A stretch of DNA of 32,000 nt from an uncultured delta proteobacterium (GTDB lineage: Bacteria; Desulfobacterota; Desulfobacteria; Desulfobacterales; B30-G6): contig CAWGLD010000001.1 of assembly GCA_963823335.1 (NCBI GenBank), positions 556,548 through 588,547 of the forward strand, written 5' to 3'. Shown piece by piece: positions 15,977-22,812 of the stretch; position 1 is the first letter of the stretch, and the number at the start of each line of letters is the position of its first letter. Position numbers and translations under genes: made by a program. Under the pieces are notes generated by a model. That model was not told where the DNA came from. It searched no databases and was given only the letters and a program-made list of their open reading frames with translations.

Positions 15977-17188
15977 ATGCCAAAGCAGATCCTGATCATA
16001 TCCACCCTGGACACCAAAGGGGTGGAAACACGTTACTTGAAGCAGAAAATCGAGGCGCTGGGTCTTTCCGCCATCCTCATGGATCTGTCCATGCGCGCTG
16101 ACGTTAAACTGCCGGCTGAAATAACCAATGCCCAGGTGGCTGAAGCAGGCGGCAGCAGCATCGAAGAAATCGGGCAATCCCGTGAACGAAGCAAGATCAC
16201 GAAAATCATGACGTCCGGGGCTTCCAAGCTGGCAAGGCAGTATTATGGCGAGGGCAGAATCGACGGTGTAATTGCAATGGGCGGATCCACCGGCACCCTG
16301 ATGGCATCCGATGTGATGCGGTCCCTCCCTTTTGGTGTTCCCAAGACAGTTATATCTTCTACGGCAGCACTTCCCGGTCTTTCCACCAGGTATATCGGAA
16401 CAGGGGATATTACGCTGTTTCATTCGGTAATCGAAATTTCCGGTCTTTCCAATTTGTTAAAAAACGTGATGGACAGGGCAGCACACGCCATCACCGCCAT
16501 GGTTCATGAGACAGTCACACCCCTGGTTACGGGCGAGGGAAAAGCCATCGCCCTGACCATGCTGGGTCCCTGTGAAAAATGTGCCAGCTTTGTCCGTATT
16601 GCCCTTGAAAAAGAAGGCTATCAGGTCATCGGCTTCTCCGCAGCCGGTGTGGGTGATCGGGCCATGGAACAGATGATCGCCGAAGGGTTTTTTCAGGGTG
16701 TCATCGACCTGGCGCCGGGTGGGGTCGGGGAGCATCTTTTCGGTTTTATGAGAGATGCAGGCCCGAATCGACTGGAAAATGCAGGCAGGATGGGAATTCC
16801 AATGATTGTTTCCACCTGCAGCGTCAATCACATGACACCCTCAAAGTCCAGATACCAAGCCGAATACCACCAGCGCCGCAAATATGACCTGGATAAATTT
16901 CGCACCTGGATACGATTGTCGCCGGAAGAGCTGCAGAGCGTTGCGCAAGCCTTTGCCGCGAAATTGAACAAAGCCGGCGGCCCGGTAAAATTCCTGATAC
17001 CGCAGAATGGTTGGTCTTCGGTGGACCAGCCCGGCAATCCGACCCACGATCCACAGGAGGACCGCATCTTCGTTGAGGTGCTGCAACAAAACCTGCGCCC
17101 GGACATCGACATCCTGGAAATACAGGCCAATATGGAAGACCCGGTCTTTGCCCAGGCTGTTGTTGAAACGGCATTGCATCTATTTTAA
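15977..17188 (+). CDS. UPF0261 / Tm-1-like ATP-binding domain protein, paralog 3
   Basis: 403 aa. Carries GGSTGT, PFGVPKTVISSTAA and GTGDITLFHSVIEISGLSN, with blocks collinear with paralogs 1 and 2. Confidence 0.8.
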   Translation: MPKQILIISTLDTKGVETRYLKQKIEALGLSAILMDLSMRADVKLPAEITNAQVAEAGGSSIEEIGQSRERSKITKIMTSGASKLARQYYGEGRIDGVIAMGGSTGTLMASDVMRSLPFGVPKTVISSTAALPGLSTRYIGTGDITLFHSVIEISGLSNLLKNVMDRAAHAITAMVHETVTPLVTGEGKAIALTMLGPCEKCASFVRIALEKEGYQVIGFSAAGVGDRAMEQMIAEGFFQGVIDLAPGGVGEHLFGFMRDAGPNRLENAGRMGIPMIVSTCSVNHMTPSKSRYQAEYHQRRKYDLDKFRTWIRLSPEELQSVAQAFAAKLNKAGGPVKFLIPQNGWSSVDQPGNPTHDPQEDRIFVEVLQQNLRPDIDILEIQANMEDPVFAQAVVETALHLF

Positions 17189-17225
17189 TTGACCATATGC
17201 CTCTTGAAAAAGTAGCTCCTCTGGG

Positions 17226-17245
17226 ATAAAGAATCGATTCTTTAT
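17226..17245. promoter_or_regulatory. Perfect 20-bp palindrome ATAAAGAATCGATTCTTTAT (candidate operator)
   Basis: Exact dyad read from the sequence, 117 bp upstream of the ubiX start in a 173-bp gap. Confidence 0.4.
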
Positions 17246-17361
17246 TCTGCTGGGAAGCGAGGATGCTTGGAGACTGGGATGCTGCTGTCCGTTTTTATCT
17301 CTCAGCCACCCTCGAATCCTTGGCCTCTGGAACCCTTTTTCCTAAAAAAAGCGAGGTACCC

Positions 17362-17967
17362 ATGTCCAAACGAATTGTCATAGGAATATCCGGTGCAAGC
17401 GGTGTGACGTACGGTGTGCGCCTGCTCAGCCTGCTGAAAGACAGTGATTATGAAACGCACCTGATCTTGTCCGAATCCGGCAAACTCAATATCAAGATCG
17501 AGACAGCCTACACACCCGAGGAAGTCCAGGCCATGGCCAGTCATGTGTATGACCACAAAGACATGGCCGCCGCTCTGTCATCCGGTTCTTTCCTGACCCA
17601 GGGCATGGTGGTGGTCCCGTGTACCATAAAGACCTTGTCCGGGATTGCCAACTCATATAACGAGAACCTTCTTGTGCGGGCCGCCGATGTCACATTAAAG
17701 GAAAAACGCAAACTGGTTCTGGTGGTGAGAGAAACGCCCCTGCACCTCGGTCACCTGCGCCTCATGACACTGGCGGCGGAAATGGGAGCCCTTATTGTAC
17801 CGCCGGTGCCCTCCTTTTATCATCAACCCGAAACCCTCCAGGACATCATCGATCAAACCATCGGCAAGGTATTCGATTACCTCGGTATCGAACACGCGCT
17901 TTTTAATCGCTGGGGTGAGAACAAAAGAATGCCCAGGACACCCGATGCCTCATTAAAAGCACTTTAA
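17362..17967 (+). CDS. ubiX: Flavin prenyltransferase UbiX (prFMN synthase)
   Basis: Start set at ATG 17362 (GCGAGG RBS), giving MSKRIVIGISGASGVTYGVRLL, the canonical UbiX N-terminus. Also VVVPCTIKTLSGIA and LVVRETPL. Confidence 0.9.
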   Translation: MSKRIVIGISGASGVTYGVRLLSLLKDSDYETHLILSESGKLNIKIETAYTPEEVQAMASHVYDHKDMAAALSSGSFLTQGMVVVPCTIKTLSGIANSYNENLLVRAADVTLKEKRKLVLVVRETPLHLGHLRLMTLAAEMGALIVPPVPSFYHQPETLQDIIDQTIGKVFDYLGIEHALFNRWGENKRMPRTPDASLKAL

Positions 17968-17971
17968 AGGT

Positions 17972-18006
17972 GAGAATCTCTTTCCTCGGGGTGAGCTTTG
18001 ATTCTC
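17972..18006. terminator. Weak candidate bidirectional terminator between convergent ubiX and the MTHFR_C-like gene
   Basis: GAGAATC...GATTCTC 7-bp stem with a 21-nt loop, followed by TGTTTT. The loop is long for an intrinsic terminator. Confidence 0.25.
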
Positions 18007-18010
18007 TGTT

Positions 18011-18712
18011 TTAGGCGCCCTCATCTCCCCCGGGAAACCCGGGGCTTCCGGCAATACCTGTTCGTTTGCGGGAGCGCGGGCCCGCGGCGCCTTCAGATCG
18101 CCAGTCCTGTGGTTTCCGCACCTCATGGATCAAGTGAAGTTTATTCTGTCGCTGAAGCCTTTCATAGATCTGCCCCCATGCACAGGGAACCTCCGGGTTG
18201 ATTTCACAGCTGACGCCGTTGCTTCCCCCGCAAGGGCCGTTCAACAGGCTCTTTGCACATCGGGCGATCGGACAAATACCGCCGGTATAGGTCAGCAGGC
18301 AGTCGCCACATCCCCGGCACATTTCCTGCCATAGGCCCGGTTCAAAAGAGGCACCAAGAAAGGTTGTGTTCAATGCCGGAATCACAGGCAGGGGATCAAA
18401 AGCATCGGCCAGGGTCTGTACACCGGCCCCGCAGGCCAGAGAGATAACGGCATCGGTCCCTTGGGGAAGCTCGTGATAGGATTGGACGAGATCCAGCTCG
18501 CATTGCCTTAATATAACATCGACGGTTATGGGTGACGGCTCGGCCCCGTGGTACACTTTGCGGTTGAGCTCTTGGGCGAGCATCTGCACCTCGCGGTCTC
18601 CGCCGGAAAGACACACGGAAACACAGCTTCCACAACCGACGATGGAAATTTTTTCATAACCGGAAATAGATCGAATGATCTCCTCGATGGGTTTGATATC
18701 ACCGACAATCAT
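18011..18712 (-). CDS. Methylene-tetrahydrofolate reductase C-terminal-domain-like Cys-rich protein
   Basis: 233 aa. CRGCGDCLLTYTGGICPIARCAKSLLNGPCGGS is the NGPCGG-type motif of the MTHFR_C family. An additional CGSCVSVC lies at the N-terminus. Confidence 0.65.
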   Translation of the reverse strand: MIVGDIKPIEEIIRSISGYEKISIVGCGSCVSVCLSGGDREVQMLAQELNRKVYHGAEPSPITVDVILRQCELDLVQSYHELPQGTDAVISLACGAGVQTLADAFDPLPVIPALNTTFLGASFEPGLWQEMCRGCGDCLLTYTGGICPIARCAKSLLNGPCGGSNGVSCEINPEVPCAWGQIYERLQRQNKLHLIHEVRKPQDWRSEGAAGPRSRKRTGIAGSPGFPGGDEGA

Positions 18713-18721
18713 GACATAGCC

Positions 18722-19102
18722 TCATTTTTTTTCCATAAAGTGGGCCTTGACTTTGAGCGTCAGGGCCGGCTTGTGGCGTTCGCAAACAGGCGCTTCAAGT
18801 TTGCCCAGCTTTTCAGCAAGTGTTTCTCCAAAAGCGGCGGTATAAATCGGCTCGCCACACACACGGCAGTGCTCCAGATCGAGGGAGATGACCTCATCCC
18901 AGCGGTTTTGGAGCATATATTGAAATTCGACGGCATCCTGAGGGCACACACGCCAGCAATTCCCGCAGCGGGCGCATTTTGCCATATTGTGGCGAAGTTT
19001 TCTCTTTTTAGCATCATCCTGAACATCGATGGCATTGGCAGGACAATTCTGTAAACAGGCCAGACACCCGTTACATTTGCTGTTGACCTGGAAAAAGTTC
19101 AT
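18722..19102 (-). CDS. 2x[4Fe-4S] ferredoxin-domain protein with a Cys-containing C-terminal extension
   Basis: 126 aa. CNGCLACLQNCP and CARCGNCWRVCP motifs. Confidence 0.75.
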   Translation of the reverse strand: MNFFQVNSKCNGCLACLQNCPANAIDVQDDAKKRKLRHNMAKCARCGNCWRVCPQDAVEFQYMLQNRWDEVISLDLEHCRVCGEPIYTAAFGETLAEKLGKLEAPVCERHKPALTLKVKAHFMEKK

Positions 19103-19103
19103 C

Positions 19104-19694
19104 TCAGTACTTCCTCCTTAAACAGGCGGATTTGCGGATATTGGCCGTTTGAAGCATGTCGGCATCGTCCCATCGCAATGCACCGGGTTCGCAAAAATGA
19201 ACACACTGCGGGTTTCCATTACACACATCGCACTTGAAAATCACCTGTCGGATTTCGTCGAAACCGATGGCCGCATAGGGACAGGCAGCCATACACGCTC
19301 GACAGGATACACATCGGTCATAATCCACCATGACCCTTCCCCAATCGTCATTCCAGACCATGGCCTCTTTGGGGCAGACAGCCATGCAAGGCGCATCCGC
19401 ACACTGCTGACAACAATTCGGTAAAAAGACATCACCCGTGTGCCATGCAATTACACGAATTCGAGATCGGGAAGTATCGATGTCGCCCAGATGGAAAAGA
19501 GAACAGGCAATTTCGCAGAGCCTGCACCCATTGCACTTTTGTGGATGAATTGTAATGACTTTCTGTGAGACGTGCGCTTCTTCCGGCCGTGGGGCCAGCA
19601 CGTTAAAGTCACCGTTTTTCAGTCGCTCCACGATATCTTCCGGGAGGCTGCTTTTTGTCTCCTGGCCAGCTTTGCAGAAACGCGTGTCGATCAT
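19104..19694 (-). CDS. Polyferredoxin with four [4Fe-4S] motifs (AorA/DmsB-like electron-transfer subunit), paralog of 22300-22797
   Basis: 196 aa. CNGCRLCEIAC, CCQQCADAPCMAVCP, CVSCRACMAACP and CDVCNGNPQCVHFC. AGGTGA RBS. Confidence 0.8.
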   Translation of the reverse strand: MIDTRFCKAGQETKSSLPEDIVERLKNGDFNVLAPRPEEAHVSQKVITIHPQKCNGCRLCEIACSLFHLGDIDTSRSRIRVIAWHTGDVFLPNCCQQCADAPCMAVCPKEAMVWNDDWGRVMVDYDRCVSCRACMAACPYAAIGFDEIRQVIFKCDVCNGNPQCVHFCEPGALRWDDADMLQTANIRKSACLRRKY

Positions 19695-19728
19695 GTTGGA
19701 TCACCTATTTCGTCACAACTTATTGTTC

Positions 19729-19734
19729 ATTATA
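19729..19734 (-). promoter_or_regulatory. Candidate -10 box (TATAAT on the minus strand) for the polyferredoxin operon
   Basis: Perfect TATAAT hexamer 35 nt upstream of the ATG at 19694, with no convincing -35. An alternative TTGACA(19783-19778)-18-TAAAGT also exists. Confidence 0.3.
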
Positions 19735-19930
19735 TTGAACGCAATATGACAGTACTTTATCGACTAAAATGAATCCTTGTCAACTATAAAATGATAGATT
19801 ACAGCTCTTGTCATACGTATGTTCCGTTTGGCCTATTTGCAAAACAAGCGTTTGTTTGAAGTTGTTTGCCGAAGCAGCTTCGGAACGTTGTTCTGACAAA
19901 CTGTCTACAGGGATTATGTGTATTTTGCCC

Positions 19931-19960
19931 TTGACACCGGGGCCTGTTTTCAACTATAAC
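19931..19960 (+). promoter_or_regulatory. Candidate sigma-70 promoter for the Zn-ribbon/AOR operon
   Basis: TTGACA (19931-19936), an 18-nt spacer, then TATAAC (19955-19960), about 65 nt upstream of the ATG at 20027. Confidence 0.4.
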
Positions 19961-20026
19961 CACACCATAATAATTCATCCTAATGAACAAACCCTTTTTG
20001 TGAAACAAACAGATGAGGAGCATGCC

Positions 20027-20332
20027 ATGGCCATCGACTCAAAAAATCTATCATCAGCCGAATCGTTACAGAAAGCCCGCACCTTCGGCAAAATCAGATG
20101 CCACAACCCCAGCTGCATGGAAAGGATGGAGCCGTCTCCCGGCGACGATCACGTCAAATGCGCAACCTGTGGCATGGAGTTTCGGCTCTTCTGGGTGCGC
20201 CCGGACCTGCCGCGAATCCGCGGACCGGTCTGGGATGTCAATCGTAAAATTGCGGAGCAGAAGTTGGCCGAGAAATTAAAAAAAGCCAGCCCGGTCTCAA
20301 AGAAAAAAATCAAAAAAGAGGGGGTATCCTAA
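20027..20332 (+). CDS. Small zinc-ribbon protein with a Lys-rich tail, translationally coupled to AOR
   Basis: Start set at ATG 20027 (GAGGAG 6 nt upstream). 101 aa. CHNPSC...CATCG forms two CxxC-type pairs. The stop lies 1 nt before the AOR ATG. Confidence 0.6.
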   Translation: MAIDSKNLSSAESLQKARTFGKIRCHNPSCMERMEPSPGDDHVKCATCGMEFRLFWVRPDLPRIRGPVWDVNRKIAEQKLAEKLKKASPVSKKKIKKEGVS

Positions 20333-20333
20333 G

Positions 20334-22274
20334 ATGGCATTAGATCGAAAAATTGCATACATCGATCTTTCCGAAGGCAAGATTGAATCCAAGCCGATCC
20401 CGATTGAAATTCGAAAAAAATACCTGGGTGGCCGGGGGCTCGATGCATACCTGCTGTACAACCATGCGCCCAAAGGGTGTGATCCTCTGGGTCCTGAAAA
20501 CCCATTATTGATCAGCGGCGGCATTCTTACGGCAACATGCGCCTCAGCCACGGCCCGGACACACATCATGGCCAAATCACCCCTGACCGGTCTTTTGGGA
20601 AGTGCCAACATGGGCGGATTCTTTGCCCCTGAACTGGCATGGGCCGGCTATCATCACCTGGTCATCACAGGTAAGGCAAAAAAGCCTGTATATATCTGGA
20701 TTCACAACGGCACCATCGAAATTCGTGACGCCGCGCATCTGTGGGGCAAAACGACCACGGAAACCCAATGGGCCATCCGTGAGGAACTGAATGACGATGA
20801 AATCAAGAGCGCCGTTATTGGTCAGGCCGGTGAAAACCTGGTGCGCTATGCCAATGTAATGACCGGCGTCAAAAATGCCGCCGGCCGGACAGGCATGGGC
20901 TGCGTCATGGGATCGAAAAACCTGAAGGCCGTGGCCGTACGCGGAACCATGGACATCAAAATCGCCCACCCCATCGAAGCCCTGGACCACAATAAACGCT
21001 TCATCGATCAGATCACCAGCGCCAAGGTAAACAAAACCCAGGGCACATTGGGCACGCCTTTTATATGGGGGGCTACCAACAGCTGGGGTGGTGTGCGCAA
21101 CCGCAATTTTCAATACAACCAGCTTGAAAACGCCGACGACATCGAGCCCGAAAGAATCGACGAGATCGCCACGGAAACCATGGGGCCCTACCACATGGCG
21201 GGATGTTTTGGCTGCCAGGTCCATTGCCGGGCCCAGTACAAGATTCCATCGGGACCCTATGCCGGAAAGTACGATGAGGGTCCGGAATACACATCCCAGG
21301 GAGCCTTCGGGGCTGAACCGGACTGCACAAAAGCGGAAACGGTTCTGACAGGCAATCACCTGGTCGATCAGTACGGTGTGGACAACCTGGAGATCGGCAG
21401 CCTCATCTCCTGGGCCATGGAGCTTTTTGAACTTGGCATCATCACCACCAAAGAAACCGATGGGCTGGACCTTCGATTCGGCAATGACGAGGCCCTGCTG
21501 GAAATGATTCACCGCATCTGCCAGCGCAAGGGCTGGCTGGGAGACGCCCTGGCCGACGGCGGCATACCGGCATCCCAGAAGATCGGTAAAAAATCCTTTG
21601 ATTATCTGATCCAGGTCAAAGGGATGAGCAATCTGCACTCCGACGAACGCGGTACACCTGCCCTGGCCCTCAATATTGCCACGGCTTCCCGCGGCTCCGA
21701 TCATCTGCGCAGCCGACCGGCCATCGATCTCTATCATCTTCCCGAAAAAGTGCTTCGCAAGATATATGGCAGCCCGATTCCCTATGAAGGCCCCCTGAGT
21801 TCGGAGCACACCGAATACATCGGTAAACCCTGGCAGGTTTTCTGGCAGCAGAACTGTTATATGGCCGTCGACTGCCTGGGAATCTGTAAATACCACACGG
21901 TGTTTTTAGGCGCGACCCTGCCCAACTTCGAAGACTGGCCCAAGGTGATCTACTACAACACGGGTCTTGAATTTACACCCCGGGAGTTATGGGAAATTGC
22001 CGAACGCTGTAACAATATCGAGAGGTTGTACAACCTGAGAGAAGGACTTGAACGGGATGATCCTGTCAAAGGCGACACGCTCAATCACCGCTATTTCGAT
22101 GAGCCCTTACGAAGAGGGGCTCCTGACATTGTCGGACTGACAATCGATCGAAAAAAGTTCAAAAAAATGGTGGATGAATTTTATACCCATAACGGTTGGG
22201 ACAAAAAAGGTGTCCCAACACCCGAAACCTTGCGTCGGCTTGGTCTGGACCAGGAACCAGCCCACCTACTATAG
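20334..22274 (+). CDS. aor: Tungsten-type aldehyde:ferredoxin oxidoreductase (AOR family catalytic subunit)
   Basis: 646 aa. N-terminus YLGGRGL, the [4Fe-4S] motif CFGCQVHC plus distal DCLGICKY, and EGPEYTSQGAFG (GPEYET-like). Confidence 0.9.
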   Translation: MALDRKIAYIDLSEGKIESKPIPIEIRKKYLGGRGLDAYLLYNHAPKGCDPLGPENPLLISGGILTATCASATARTHIMAKSPLTGLLGSANMGGFFAPELAWAGYHHLVITGKAKKPVYIWIHNGTIEIRDAAHLWGKTTTETQWAIREELNDDEIKSAVIGQAGENLVRYANVMTGVKNAAGRTGMGCVMGSKNLKAVAVRGTMDIKIAHPIEALDHNKRFIDQITSAKVNKTQGTLGTPFIWGATNSWGGVRNRNFQYNQLENADDIEPERIDEIATETMGPYHMAGCFGCQVHCRAQYKIPSGPYAGKYDEGPEYTSQGAFGAEPDCTKAETVLTGNHLVDQYGVDNLEIGSLISWAMELFELGIITTKETDGLDLRFGNDEALLEMIHRICQRKGWLGDALADGGIPASQKIGKKSFDYLIQVKGMSNLHSDERGTPALALNIATASRGSDHLRSRPAIDLYHLPEKVLRKIYGSPIPYEGPLSSEHTEYIGKPWQVFWQQNCYMAVDCLGICKYHTVFLGATLPNFEDWPKVIYYNTGLEFTPRELWEIAERCNNIERLYNLREGLERDDPVKGDTLNHRYFDEPLRRGAPDIVGLTIDRKKFKKMVDEFYTHNGWDKKGVPTPETLRRLGLDQEPAHLL

Positions 22275-22299
22275 ATTATGGAATGGAGAGGAAAAGACA

Positions 22300-22797
22300 A
22301 TGGAGAAAGTTCTATCTGTCGATTTTCAGAAGTGTACCGGTTGCCGTTTGTGCGAAATCATATGTTCGGTGATGCATGACGGTGTTTCCAATCCCGCCAG
22401 AAGCAGAATCAGGATCGTGAAATGGGAAGATGAAGGCCAATATATTCCCATGATCTGCCAGCAATGTGAGGATGCGCCCTGTCTGAATGTCTGCCCGGTG
22501 GGGGCCATATCCAGAGATGCGGATTACGGCTTTTTATCTGTCGACTACAATACCTGTATCGGTTGCCGTTCATGTGTGAGCGTCTGCCCTTTCGGGGCCA
22601 TGAACTATACCAGAATCGACAAAAAGATATTCAAATGCGACCTGTGCGGAGGGGATCCGCAGTGCGTGCGATTCTGCGAGATGAAGGCTGTGGATTATAT
22701 TCCATCTGATCGTATGGGTGCCGAAAAGAAAAGAGATGCGGCCACGCGTTTTTATGCCGCTCAAAAAAAGGCCACAGCACTCCAGGAGCCCTTTTAA
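22300..22797 (+). CDS. Polyferredoxin with four [4Fe-4S] motifs (AorA-like electron-transfer subunit)
   Basis: Start set at ATG 22300 (GGAGAGG RBS). 165 aa. CTGCRLCEIIC, CQQCEDAPCLNVCP, CIGCRSCVSVCP and CDLCGGDPQCVRFC. Confidence 0.85.
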   Translation: MEKVLSVDFQKCTGCRLCEIICSVMHDGVSNPARSRIRIVKWEDEGQYIPMICQQCEDAPCLNVCPVGAISRDADYGFLSVDYNTCIGCRSCVSVCPFGAMNYTRIDKKIFKCDLCGGDPQCVRFCEMKAVDYIPSDRMGAEKKRDAATRFYAAQKKATALQEPF

Positions 22798-22812
22798 CAC
22801 GGCAAATAAAAA

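Noticed and set aside
20577-21896. 439-aa reverse-strand ORF inside the AOR gene. Similar long antisense ORFs occur at 28875-29969, 6330-7187, 1797-2528, 15230-15886 and 14893-15444.
   Set aside because: These are shadow ORFs opposite well-supported genes in GC-rich DNA. Their translations are low-complexity (Gly/Ala/Arg/Pro-rich), with no recognisable motifs and no RBS.
20334-22797. Interpreting the AOR-family protein plus polyferredoxin as BamB/BamC of class II benzoyl-CoA reductase.
   Set aside because: The protein keeps classical AOR blocks (YLGGRGL, CxxCxxxC as CFGCQVHC, GPEY). No BamDEFGHI-like heterodisulfide-reductase or NuoF-type genes are adjacent. Phylogeny would be needed to exclude it fully.
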